Below are positions 20,277-32,633 of a DNA stretch of 64,000 bases, in pieces (the first letter of the stretch is position 1; every line of letters starts with the position of its first letter). The notes beneath the pieces were generated by a model. That model did no database searches and had not been told where the DNA came from. It worked only from the letters and a program-made list of their open reading frames with translations. Both the position numbers and the translations under genes were made by a program. Source of the DNA: an uncultured Hormoscilla sp. (GTDB lineage Bacteria; Cyanobacteriota; Cyanobacteriia; Cyanobacteriales; Desertifilaceae); contig OZ001293.3 in assembly GCA_963921275.4 (NCBI GenBank), positions 6,176,001-6,240,000 of the forward strand, given 5' to 3'.

Positions 20277-21536
20277 TTATCTACAGTTTTGAATTACCTC
20301 TGCCAAAGCTTTGAGATGTTCCTCTCCAGTAAATTTGCTGTTAATCAATTCTCGACCAGCATTAGCTAGGTTGCTGCGCAGTTCTTCATCATCCAAAAGG
20401 AGGGCGATCGCCTCTGACAGGGCCGCCGCATTATTCGGTTTCACCAGAATCCCTGTTTTTCCAGGAATAACCCAGGTATCAATTCCCCCCACAGCCGATG
20501 CTACCACAGCCGCACCATTCCGCAGCGCTTCCGCCGCCACAGTCCCCAAAGGTTCGCCCCAGATCGAAGGGACGACAACAATATCAGCTTCCCCGTAGAG
20601 GCGATCGACCTCTTCATAACTTAAATGTCCGAGATATTGGATGGAGATCCATGGATTCTTTGACTCTACCTGATAAACTAACTTCAGACAATCGGACCAG
20701 TAACTCTCATTTTCCACCACCCCGACAATTTTAAAGACAATTTTCTCCTTTACCTGGAGATAGCAGAGGGCTTCGATGGCCAAGTGCAGACCCTTTTCCC
20801 AAGTAATTCTGCCAGCCCAGGCGATCGCTGGCGCTGCGGCAGTCGAGCGCTGTATTCTCTTATTGCTGGGTCGCACCTGTCGAGGTAACACATATGTTTT
20901 CTCGGAAATATCCGGCAAATTCGCGATCAGAATCTCCTTCATAAACTCACTGATCACAACAATAGCGTCAACCCCGCCTAAGGATTTTAGCAGTGAGATC
21001 CGAGCCTCCAGGTCGCCATCGGCAAAATTTCTCTGGGCATGTCGCTTCACACAATCTCCCGCTGCGATATTGTCCAGACAGGCTTGTGAAAGCGGTTGAT
21101 AGCAAACGATATCTGCTTGATTTCTCCGGGCCCTTAACTCCGTTAAGCAGGTGGGGAAGTGGTCGTGAATGTACCATAAAATCAGGTACTTTCGGTCCGG
21201 TTGGTTTAAGGCTTGAATCACCCGCCCGTCGAAGATATTGTGAACGTAGACAAGATCGGGATTGATTTCTCTGACCGCATCCAGTACCCGATCGGGCACT
21301 TCAGCATCGCCATCCCGGTTACCCAGACCCGGAATAAATGTATGGGATATCTCCGAAGGCATGGTGCCGTGGACCCCATCATAAAGCAGATGAGAACTTA
21401 TCCCCATCGGCATCAGGAGTTGGGCAAGACTGATAATATATTCCTCCGTACCGCCAAACTTCCCCCCCTTCTCATTGATATGTAGAATGGAACGCACTCC
21501 TAATCGCGCGATCGTTTCTTGATTTTTTGTCATCAT
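20277..21536 (-). CDS. Glycosyltransferase family 4
   Basis: GRITWEKG, PSIWGEPLGTVAAEA. Confidence 0.9.
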   Translation of the reverse strand: MMTKNQETIARLGVRSILHINEKGGKFGGTEEYIISLAQLLMPMGISSHLLYDGVHGTMPSEISHTFIPGLGNRDGDAEVPDRVLDAVREINPDLVYVHNIFDGRVIQALNQPDRKYLILWYIHDHFPTCLTELRARRNQADIVCYQPLSQACLDNIAAGDCVKRHAQRNFADGDLEARISLLKSLGGVDAIVVISEFMKEILIANLPDISEKTYVLPRQVRPSNKRIQRSTAAAPAIAWAGRITWEKGLHLAIEALCYLQVKEKIVFKIVGVVENESYWSDCLKLVYQVESKNPWISIQYLGHLSYEEVDRLYGEADIVVVPSIWGEPLGTVAAEALRNGAAVVASAVGGIDTWVIPGKTGILVKPNNAAALSEAIALLLDDEELRSNLANAGRELINSKFTGEEHLKALAEVIQNCR

Positions 21537-21996
21537 TCATCTGGTAGTGGTTGCCAAGTGGGCGATCTCAAACCTTCACCCTCTGGTATTCTATCAGCGA
21601 TGGCGTTCCTTGCCATTATTGGCCTATCGCGCAGGGGCAGATTGCTTCGTGCCTCGCAACAAGCTCCGGAGCGCTAGCGCTATCGGCTGTCATGTATATT
21701 CACCAATACCTTTAGTGACAACGGAGTGTGGTCAAAAGTAGTTGTATTAGTGGAGAACAGGGAACGGGGAACTCTTAACACCGAACCCTTGCCAACTGGT
21801 GCCAGGTCACGCCCGTTTCCCTCGTGACCTCAAAGCCGCAGTCGGAACTATAGGGGTGCGGTCATGCATTTGTTGCATTAGTAGAGCAATTTTAGACTCT
21901 CACCGGTAGCGGGCGCTCCCTCCCCAGCCTCCCCAATCGGCGCGGGGGGGAGCAACTTGCCCCCGGGGGGCTGGGGGGGCTCCTCTTACCAACGGG

Positions 21997-24370
21997 GTTA
22001 AACTAAGCCAGGGTGTTACCACCCCAAGGAGTCTTCAGAACCGGACGATCTGCTTTTCACCTCAGGAGGCTCCTCAACAATGCCACCCAAGTCATGGGTA
22101 CGACTCCTACCACTACCATCTCTGGTCGTCTTCTGATCGTGACAATGCTTATGCAGCAACTGTAGGTTATTATATTGATCCGACCCACCTAATGAAAGTG
22201 GTTTAATATGGTCAACTTCCCACTTGTCACTATTTGTGAACGTTAGTCCTAATTCTCGGCAGTTACCTTTCTGCATCTTCATGAGCTTCGCAACTCGTGT
22301 TCCCACATCTGGGCTCTTACCGAGTCTTGTACTCCAGTAAACGAGCTCACCGTTATATGGGCTTACATCACCTTTTACTTTGACATGTCTTACTATCTCT
22401 ACACTACTGTGCTTCAACAGCTCAACTTCCTTACTTTCATCTTTCGATCTGAACAGCCATTGACCATCCTTGTCTATTGACCAGTCATTCTTGGCCATCC
22501 ATTCTCCAGACTTATTCGGGTGTCGTCTTTTCGCCCATCTCCACAAAACCTTCCACAAGTAATCGTCCAGATCACTATACGTTTCCTTGCTCACTCCTGT
22601 TCTGAAGTAATTAGCCCATCCACGTATCAGAGGATTCAGCTTCATTATCAGCTCCTCCTGAGACTTTCTGTCATCTATCTCTTTCTGATGACTTTCCTTG
22701 TGCTAAAGAACGGATTTCTCACTCGGCTTGATTAGTGTTTTGAATCCTAGGATCTTCCCTTTACACCTTCCAGACTTGTTCTTGACTACCTGATATTGTC
22801 TCACATTGAATCCCAGGAAATCAAATCCCGCGTCTTCTGCGTGTAACCTATGAGCAATCCTAGTCTTCTCAGGCTTAAGTTCAAGTCCTATTCCTCTCAG
22901 CCATTCAGCTATAACCTTCTGCGCCTTCTCCACCACTTCCCGACTTTTATGTATGACTACAAAGTCATGTATCTGACCACAGTCAACTCTGTCTTTTTTC
23001 GTTCAGGCACCAGAGTCATAACTTTTTCCTCTAGTCCATGCAGAGCAACGTTTGCCAGCAATGGTGAAATCACTCCTCCTTGTGGTGTACCTTCATTCGT
23101 TGCACACCAATTCCTCCCATCTATCACACCAGCAGTCAGCCAAGCGCGTATTTGTCTACGAAAGATAGATGAAGTATTCACTTTTGTCAACAGCGCTTCA
23201 TGGCCTATCTTATCGAAGCATTTAGCTATGTCAGCATCAAGAACCCATTTAGCTTTCTTGTTGATCGCTGAGCATATTGCTTCGATTGCATCATGACATC
23301 CTCGACCTGACCTAAATCCATAGGAATTACCTTCTTTCCTTAGCTTCCCATTCTGGTTCTAATGCCTGTTTCAGTAATCCCTGTAGTGCGCGGTCGTACA
23401 TCACCGGTATTCCCAATGGACGTAACTCTTTCCTACCTGGTTTAGGTATCCAAACCCTTCGAGTCGGCTTAACCTTCTTCCAAGTCTTAAGTTGTCCTAC
23501 CAGTTCGAGACGCTCGTTAGGTTTCAGCTCTTTTATACCGTCTACCCCAGCCGTCTTCTTTCCCTGGTTATCTTGTGTTACTCGTCGTACCGCTAGACAG
23601 TTGGCAGACCAAGACTTCACTAATAGCCTCTGGAGTTTGCGAACTTTCCGCTTATTACCTTCCTGAGTCGCTCTGTAAATCCGCTTTTGCAAAAGACTAA
23701 CCGCTCCAATTTTGGCCACGGTAGATCTTTCCATTCATACATCGGCTTTCCCGTGTTCATAACGTTTTCACTGCTACAAGTAGCTTCACATTTGACATCA
23801 TTGTGAGGGCGTCAGCGTATCCATACCTATTACAGGTAGGCTTTTGCTTCTCCACGAAATCCTTCCCGGCTATGACCTGGCATATGTAACCAGATGTTGC
23901 GTCTTTGGTGACTACCAGATGTGATCGACCTCTAGATCTGGAGTACATAACCGGTTTACTTCGTTCCTACAGATGATTGATCATGACCTTAGATGGATTC
24001 TATGTACCGGGTTTATTGTCGGTGCTTGTTAGTCGGCCTACGATCCACTAACGACCTCTATCCTTTCCCTTTTGGGCCAGTGTTTCAGCCTTATTACACT
24101 GGTTGTGTGTGACGACACTGCAAATCTTCGCTTCATGCTCACCATAGTCACTTGCTCGACGTTAACCGATTTAGGCTATCAGTCATTGCGCCTTCTATTC
24201 CCGCTTTACGGATTGATGCCAAGTCGCTACCGTAGGGAATATGCTGTCACTCCTGCACCTGGAGGGGTGGACTTTCACCACCATCATCTGTAAGTTGTCG
24301 GCGACTATCGTCGCCTCTAGCGGTCCCCAAATTGACTTGTGTCAACTTGGGGACACTAAACGAATCGCAC
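21997..24370 (-). mobile_element. Group II intron (IIB, chloroplast-like class) with degraded RT-maturase-HNH ORF
   Basis: 5' GTGCG at 24370; DV/DVI ending AAC at 21997; EBS1 loop CGTAGG pairs with exon end CTTGCG. Confidence 0.92.
22016..23760 (-). pseudogene. ltrA: Intron-encoded RT/maturase/HNH, multiply frameshifted
   Basis: RPLGIP, GTPQGGVISPLLAN, GFDFLGF, GWANYF, HNH motif; YADD disrupted. Confidence 0.92.
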
Positions 24371-24487
24371 CGCAAGACCACACCCTTACCAGGCAGATCC
24401 TGGTAAGGAGTAACCCAGAGAATGTGAAATAGTGTAAACTGTCCGCAGAACCTCTAGCATATCACAATTATCAATTCCCAAAAAAGC

Positions 24488-25561
24488 ATGAAAGCATTAA
24501 TTCTATCAGGAGGAAAAGGAACTCGCTTGCGTCCACTCACCTATACGGGGGCCAAGCAGCTCGTTCCTGTTGCGAATAAGCCGATTTTGTGGTATGGTAT
24601 TGAAGGTATAGTGGCAACCGGAATTACGGATATTGGCATTATCATTAGTCCGGAAACGGGTGCAGAGGTGAAGGAGAAAACCGGACCAGGCGATCGCTTC
24701 GGGGCCCGGATAACTTATATCCTCCAGGAAGAACCTGCTGGTTTGGCCCACGCTGTTAAGGTGGCTCAACCCTTTTTAGGGGATTCTCTTTTTATCATGT
24801 ATCTGGGGGATAACTTGATTGAAAATGATATCAACCCCTTTTTACAGACTTTTCAACAACAAAGTCTGGATAGTTTGATTCTCTTGCATCAAGTACCTAA
24901 TCCTAGTGCTTTTGGTGTTGCTAAGGTGGACGATCGGGGACGGGTTTTGCAGCTGATCGAAAAACCGAAAGTGCCCCCTTCTAATTTAGCATTGGTGGGG
25001 ATTTACTTCTTTTCCAGCGCTATTCATGGGGCGATCGCCTCTATCAAACCCTCTGCTAGGGGGGAACTAGAAATTACTGATGCCATTCAAAAATTGATCG
25101 ATCGCTCGCAGCAAGTAGAATCATGTCAGATAGATGGTTGGTGGCTGGATACCGGCAAAAAAGACGATCTACTAGAAGCAAACCGGATTATTCTCGATAC
25201 CCGCTTAACTGCTGCTGTTAGGGGTGAGATTGATGACCGGAGTCAAGCGATCGGGAGAGTGGAAATTGGCGAGGGAACTAAAATAGTTAACTCTACTATT
25301 CGGGGCCCAGTGGCGATCGGGAGCAACTGCCAGATAGAAAATTGCTTTATCGGTCCTTATAGTAGTATAGCAGATGAAGTCAGGTTGCTGGACACAGATT
25401 TAGAGCATAGCGTGATTTTGCAGGGGGCTCAAATTGTGGGAATAGAACAGCGCATTGTTGATAGCGTCATCGGACAGCGAGCCCATTTGACCCTTGCCTC
25501 CCGACGCCCGAAAGCCCTAAGATTTATGATCGGGGATGACTGTCAAATTGCCCTCGTATGA
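24488..25561 (+). CDS. rfbA: Glucose-1-phosphate thymidylyltransferase (long form)
   Basis: LSGGKGTRLRP, RGELEITD, WWLDTG. Confidence 0.92.
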   Translation: MKALILSGGKGTRLRPLTYTGAKQLVPVANKPILWYGIEGIVATGITDIGIIISPETGAEVKEKTGPGDRFGARITYILQEEPAGLAHAVKVAQPFLGDSLFIMYLGDNLIENDINPFLQTFQQQSLDSLILLHQVPNPSAFGVAKVDDRGRVLQLIEKPKVPPSNLALVGIYFFSSAIHGAIASIKPSARGELEITDAIQKLIDRSQQVESCQIDGWWLDTGKKDDLLEANRIILDTRLTAAVRGEIDDRSQAIGRVEIGEGTKIVNSTIRGPVAIGSNCQIENCFIGPYSSIADEVRLLDTDLEHSVILQGAQIVGIEQRIVDSVIGQRAHLTLASRRPKALRFMIGDDCQIALV

Positions 25562-28185
25562 TATGATGGGAATGGAAAAAGGAAAATTGACAAGGGATAT
25601 AAGCAGTCGCTCATTGAAAATGCATAGGTCGATAGATGATTAGACGATCGGGTTATGGATTAGTTTACAGGATGGTCGCGATCTAACTGGGTTATCCATT
25701 AAATACTTAAATCCGTTCGCGACATATCTTCCCGGGGTGCCGGGCGAAGCATTACGAACGGCTTTTTAGTTTCTAAGAGGCTGGAACTGACTGCTTTCTC
25801 TATGGGACTCGCTATGACTATCTATGCAAGCCTCGGCGTCCTCTTTACTCAAGGGCTTGGAGAAGAGATATCCCTGCCCTTGTTCGCAGTTTAACATCTT
25901 CAAATGTGCCAATTGCTCCGTTGTTTCTATCCCTTCGGCAATTACATCCATACCTAAAGTGTGGGCCAGGGTGACAATAGTTCTGACAATCTCGAAATGC
26001 TCGTCATCAGCATGCATCTGCATCACAAAAGAACGGTCAATTTTTAAGGTGTTCACCGGAAAACGGTGCAAATAACTCAAGGATGAGTAGCCCGTGCCAA
26101 AGTCATCCAAACTTAACTTAATATTCCTGGATCTCAGTTGCAACAGCATGTTTCTGGCATTCTGAGCATTTTCCATCAGCACCGTTTCGGTGATCTCTAG
26201 CTTCACAGCAGGACCAGATAGACCAGTTTCAGCCAGAATCAGGTCTATCTGGGGGATTAAATCCGGTTCTCGTAGCTGTTTGCCAGAAAGATTGACGCTG
26301 ATGGTCAATGGTGAGTGTTGCGGATATTGGATCTGCCAAGCCCGGAGTTGACGACAAGCCTCTCGCAACACCCACTGACCGATGGGTATAATTAACCCGG
26401 TTTCTTCGGCTACGGGAATGAACTTTCCTGGGGAGATAAAGCCTCGTTCCGGATGCTGCTAGCGAATCAATGCCTCGAAACCAGCTAACTTACCAGTTAC
26501 TAGGCAAACGATCTGCTGGTAATAAACTAAAAATTCCTGACGCTCGATCGCCCGTCGCAGATCGGGTTTCCAACTGCAAGCGGGCCACAACTTGTTGATG
26601 CATTTGGGTATCAAACAGGGCATAACGAGCCTTGCCCTGTTTCTTAGCACGATACATAGCCGTGTCAGCATCCCGCAGGATATATTCGGGTTGGTCGTAA
26701 CCTGTCGTACTCAAGGCAATGCCAATGCTAGTATTAGTGAAAACTTCATAACCCTGGAGATAGAAAGGTTCTGCAAGGTGCTTGTTGATCCTCTGGGCCA
26801 GGTCGATCGCCTCAGTTTTAGACTCGATATCTGCAAGCAAAATAGCGAACTCATCTCCTCCCAGTCGGGCGAGAGTATCAGTTGGGAGCATCTTTTGCAG
26901 GCGCTGGGCAAAGGCAATCAGCAATTGGTCTCCCACCATATGTCCGAGACACTATCGTTGACCACATTGAAGTCATCAATATCTAAGAAAAGTACGGCAA
27001 ACAAGTAGTCTCCACCTTGTTGATAACGCTGCAAAGCGATAGCGAGTCGGTTCACAAACAAAGTAAGGGATAGCAGGTTGGTGAGGGAGTCGTAAAAAGC
27101 ATTGTGGCGTAGTTGCTCCTCAGCCCGCAGGCGATCAGTGATATCTTCGGAAATACCGAGTAAATATTCGGGTTGACCGTTGCGATCCTAGAGGGGCACC
27201 TTGACAGTGTGGAGAAACCTGCGGCCCAAACTGTGAAAGTCGATCGGTTCTGCGGGAATATCCTCAGCAGTGCCCCGTGCAAAGGTTTGCAGGTCTTTTT
27301 GACGGAAAAAGTCTGCCTGTTCTTTGGGGAAAAAGTCGTAGTCGGTTTTGCCCAGCACTTGCCTTTGAAGTTAATCAAGAGCATGAGTTCGCAGGTTCTG
27401 TTCAACAGCTTAAATGTGCCAAATTGGTCTTTTTTCCCATCTTTGACAAAAACCGAGACTGGCAGATGATCGATAATCGTTTGCAAAAAGTTGCGAGTCT
27501 GGCGGATTTCTGTTTCGGCCCGCAGGCGATCGCTGATATCCAAAATTTGGGCAATACAATGAAGCGGCTCACCCCGAGCATCTCGGAGAACAGTCACATT
27601 GAGGATGGTATTCACCACTTTGCCATCCTTAGTAAGGTAGCGCTTTTCGATTTGAAAATGGGGTATAACTCCAAGCAACAACTTTTGGGTCATGACTTTG
27701 CTGATGCCTAGATCGTCGTATGGGGGTAATATCTATCCAACTGCGGGTCAGCAGTTCTTCAGCATTGTAGCCAAGAGTGTCGCATAAAGCCTGATTGACG
27801 CGGACGAACTTGCCATCAGGCGTGGCGATCGCCATTCCGATCGGGGCCATCTCAAAGATCAGCCGTAATTGCTCGGAACTTTTTCTTAACGCCTCGGAAG
27901 CTTCCTGGCGATCGGTAATATCGGTTTGGATACCGACAAAGTGGGTAAGATGTCCCTGGCCATTCCGGACTGGGGAAATGTTGAGTTCATTCCAAAAGGG
28001 GGTGCCATCTTTACGATAATTTCTGAGTCTGACATGGAATTCTCTGGCCTCTCGAATGGCCGCTCGCACCTGCTCCAGTTCTGGCTGGTCTCTGTCACCG
28101 GCCTGCAAGAAGCGACAGTTGCGACCGATAGCTTCTGCCGCACTATAGCCTGTGATCCGCTTCATTAGCAGGATTGACATAAATA

Positions 28186-29197
28186 ACCTAAGTTGCGACC
28201 TATTAAAAAAAATATGAATTACCCACTTAGACTTTACAGATATTTGAGATATTTCGTAGCTTTTGATACAAAATTATATTTTTTTTGTGCTAGACGGCGG
28301 GTTGGCTGTTTATAGGTTATAATGTACTAAAATAATAGTTAATTGCTGGGGGATGTAGATGATGGAAGATATGATTACAACAATTTTTGTTCTTTGTGAC
28401 GAGCTACTAAAAGCGTTAAATATAAAAGAAGATCCACAAGTAAAAATGAACAATGCCGAAGTGATGACAGTCGGATTAGTTGCTGCATATTTTTTCGGAG
28501 GACACCACGATCGCTCTTGTCAATTTATGGTCCAACACAAGTATATAAAAAATCTGTTAAGTAAAAGTAGGTTCAATCGTCGATTACACAATATTGACGA
28601 ACCAATTTGGATGTTTTTCTTCCAAGTTATAGCTCAAACATTTAAAGAGCTCAATCCGGGTCAAGAATATATTCTTGATAGTTTCCCGGTGCCAGTATGT
28701 GATAATATTAGGATTGATAGATGCCAAATTTATAACAAGGAAGAATATCGAGGGTATATTGCCAGTAAAAAACGTTATTTTTATGGATTAAGAGTTCATA
28801 TGTTGGTAAACAAAAATGGAAAGCCAATAGAATTTTATCTAGATCCTGGTAGTTATAATGATGTTAAAGTTTTGCAATCTTTTGGCTTTGACTTACCATC
28901 AAATTCAATAGTTTATGGAGATAAAGCTTATAATGATTATCAATTAGAGGATTTACTAAAAGAGTCGTCAAGTATAATGTTAAAACCTTTGCGAAAAAAG
29001 AACTCAAAAAGAAAAGAATATTCTTGTTTTGAATATATACAAAAAGTAACAAAAAAACAAGTTGAAACCTGTTTTAGTCGAATCACAAATTTGTTTCCCA
29101 AGTCAATTCATGCTGTTACATCTAAGGGATTAGAGTTGAAAATAATTCTCTTTATCATAGCTTTTTGTATCCAATTTTTATAGGTCGCAACTTGAGT
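28186..29197 (+). mobile_element. IS982-family element (transposase 28359-29183)
   Basis: IRs ACCTAAGTTGCGACCTAT / ATAGGTCGCAACTTGAGT; target duplication TAAATA; ILDSFP, GDKAY motifs. Confidence 0.92.
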
Positions 29198-30088
29198 TAA
29201 ATAATGGGATTATCTGGGGCCGTGGCGTCGGTGATGATAATGCCGTTGGCATTGTGGGCGATCGCCCGTTCCATTAGGTGCAGGCGTTCGATGGACTGCT
29301 GGTGGGCAACTACTGTTGCCAGCAGCTGGGCGATCGCCTGCAAGAAATTAACCTCATCTGCGGTGAACTGCCGTTTTTTAGGACTGTGGGCACTCAAGAC
29401 ACCAAAGGGTTGTTCCCCGTAGGGAATGATGACGCTGATGCCACTTACCACTCGGTGATTGTGCAGCAGGGGCGTACCGCTGAACCTGGTTTCGACCCGC
29501 AGGTCTTCTACTATTACCGGCTGTAGGGAATGAAGAGTATAACCTGCTTGGGAATTTCTCACCCCTACCAGGCAACTGCCCGCCAGTCCTGGAAGCCAGC
29601 CAACGCCCGATCGCAAGAGAAATGCCTGACCGTTGGGTAACAGTTCCAGCACCTGAGAATACTCCACCTCCAGGGTTTGGGCCACCAGGGCAACAGCTTC
29701 TGACATCAGCAGGTCCAGGTTCGTAGCGGCCAGGGCCATTTGACCCAATTTAGCCACGGCTGCTTGTTGGCGGGCACGAGATTGCAGTTGAGTCTCTGCC
29801 CGCTTGCGGTCTGTTATTTCTTGTTGCAGTTGTCTATTGGCTTCTTCCAATTGGGCTGTCAGATCCGAGATTAGCTGTTCTTGGTTCAATCTGCCCGGAG
29901 TCGGCTTTGCTTGAGAGCGCCTATTGACAAGCTGCGGCCAGTACCAGATTACTACAGAAAGTAAAATCCATCCTACCAGGTATCCCACTTCTACCACGAC
30001 GGTTCGATCGGCTTTGCTGAAAAATGTAGAGACATCTGATATCTGACCTAGCGAGACAAGAGCAATTTTCTCAGGCAAAAAGCTGCAC

Positions 30089-31955
30089 GTTAACCTAAGC
30101 GCCCATGTTGCCATGACCGCTCGGCTCCAAAACCGTACATGAGAGTTTCCAATTTATACGGCTCCGAGCGTAATACTATCCTGGTTTTGGATACTGCTCC
30201 CGGATTTGACGGGTTCCCGCGATGTACTATGGTCGAGATCAACATGCTTAGGTGCGGAGGCAAGTGGCTTTCATTATTTGACTGGCAGCTCTGTAACTTC
30301 AGTTATGTACTTTTGCAGGTTCACACTCATGCCTCGGTCAAAATGCCGGGTTCATAGTGTATTAGTGTTACTCAAGACGTTACTTTGACATTACCGTGCT
30401 GGCGTCTGCATATCCCGCGCATTACTACGGGCTTTGGCTTTTCTAGCAATCTTTCTATCTATGACTTACTGTTCGGTAGATGCGTCTTTGGTGATCTGCT
30501 GGGGAGGGTACCTGAATGGGTTACAACGTTGCCGATGACTGATTTGTTTGTGACCTTAGATGGATACTGTACGCTGGGTTTATTGTCAGTGCTTATTGGT
30601 CGGGGGCTCAACCGCCAATGACCATTATCCTTATCCTTTTGGACGTTGGGCATGAGGCCTTTTCCCAATTCTCTGTTCACGACGTTTGCATGTCTTCTGC
30701 TCATCATGGCCACTCGCTCGACGTACACAGTTTAGGTTACCAGTAAGAACGCTTTTCATCCTTGCTTTACGGATTGTTGCGATCGCTACCGTAGGGGAAG
30801 TGCTTTCACTCCTGCACCTGGAGGGGTGGACTTGATTACTCTCACCACCATCAATTACCAGTTGTCAGGTTCTGATTTCTCGGTTCCTGCGGTCCATCCT
30901 CTCTACTAACTCAAGTTGCGACCTATAAAAATTGGATACAAAAAGCTATGATAAAGAGAATTATTTTCAACTCTAATCCCTTAGATGTAACAGCATGAAT
31001 TGACTTGGGAAACAAATTTGTGATTCGACTAAAACAGGTTTTAACTTGTTTTCTTGTTACTTTTTGTATATATTCAAAACAAGAATATTCTTTTCTTTTT
31101 GAGTTCTTTTTTCGCAAAGGTTTTAACATTATACTTGACGACTCTTTTAGTAAATCCTCTAATTGATAATCATTATAAGCTTTATCTCCATAAACTATTG
31201 AATTTGATGGTAAGTCAAAGCCAAAAGATTGCAAAACTTTAACATCATTATAACTACCAGTATCTAGATAAAATTCTATTGGCTTTCCATTTTTGTTTAC
31301 CAACATATGAACTCTTAATTCATAAAAATAACGTTTTTTACTGGCAATATACCCTCGATATTCTTCCTTGTTATAAATTTGGCATCTATCAATCCTAATA
31401 TTATCACATACTGGCACCGGGAAACTATCAAGAATATATTCTTGACCCGGATTGAGCTCTTTAAATGTTTGAGCTATAACTTGGAAGAAAAACATCCAAA
31501 TTGGTTCGTCAATATTGTGTAATCGACGATTGAACCTACTTTTACTTAACAGATTTTTTATATACTTGTGTTCGACCATAAATTGACAAGAGCGATCGTG
31601 GTGTCCTCCGAAAAAATATGCAGCAACTAATCCGACTGTCATCACTTCGGCATTGTTCATTTTTACTTGTGGCTCTTCTTTTATATTTAACGCTTTTAGT
31701 AGCTCGTCACAAAGAACAAAAATTGTTGTAATCATATCTTCCATCATCTACATCCCCCAGCAATTAACTATTATTTTAGTACATTATAACCTATAAACAG
31801 CCAACCCGCCGTCTAGCACAAAAAAAATATAATTTTGTATCAAAAGCTACGAAATATCCTAAATATCTGTAAAGTCTAAGTGGGTAATTCATATTTTTTT
31901 TAATAGGTCGCAACTTAGGTTACTAGCAGTGAGATTTCGGACTAACGAGTTGCAC
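30089..31955 (-). mobile_element. ORF-less group II intron carrying an IS982 insertion
   Basis: 5' GTGCA at 31955; DV GAGCCGTA...TACGGTTT; 3' AAC at 30089; shares blocks with the 21997-24370 intron. Confidence 0.85.
30909..31920 (-). mobile_element. IS982-family element, second copy (transposase 30923-31747)
   Basis: Near-identical to the first copy, inverted; target duplication TACTA. Confidence 0.92.
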
Positions 31956-32493
31956 AATCCCTTTCGGAGTGAGGATTTTACTTCGATGTCTTTGGGGTTT
32001 TCGCTGTCTTGTTTTTTCTGGAACGGTAGATATCGAGGAAGGCTATTAAATGGCTGAAACCCGCTCGCTTGTGTCCAATGAGACCCTACGATGTCTGAGG
32101 GATGCATGGCAAAAACCCCTCAGACATCGCGACCTAAAAATGGATCTTGTGAAAGGGTTTGATGCCCAAGCCACGCCTATTTTTTCCTAAAGTCCCGCTA
32201 GAGGGATCCCGGTCAAGCTAACAGCGGTTTGAGACCAGGTCTGTTGGTGGTGAAGCTGCCCAACCCAGTCCATCCACCACCTAGGAAGTCCGATCGCCAT
32301 CCGACAAGAGTAATTCTTATACTCTCTAATGCTATGTTACACATCTTGACATGAGAACCCCATCTTTCAGGGTTCCGATCTAACTTTTAAGTTTTCTGCT
32401 CTACTTTCACTCTAGCTCCAAATCTTAAGACAATCTTAAATCGCAATAAAACTACATAATTGCGAGAGAAAATCTGCTTTTATGTGCCAGATG

Positions 32494-32573
32494 AGGTAAT
32501 AATCTTGACTTTGTTGGGGAGCGGTGGTAAAGTAAGGTAATAATCTTGACTTTGTAGGGGAGCGGTGGTAAAG
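32494..32573 (+). promoter_or_regulatory. Tandemly duplicated 41-bp promoter-like unit
   Basis: TTGACT-N17-TAAAG(T/A) present twice upstream of the GT2 gene. Confidence 0.55.
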
Positions 32574-32633
32574 AAGATGAGAATGTCGGTATTGATAACC
32601 GGGTAACTCTTGTCAGAGCATTGAGGGAAAACG

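Larger units (their letters stand above)
25766..32107 (-). pseudogene. GAF-LOV-PAS-PAS-GGDEF-EAL signalling protein, disrupted
   Basis: GRNCRFLQ (LOV), RLGGDEF, FEALIR, DDFGTGYSS; frameshifts, a stop codon, IS982 and intron insertions. Confidence 0.88.
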
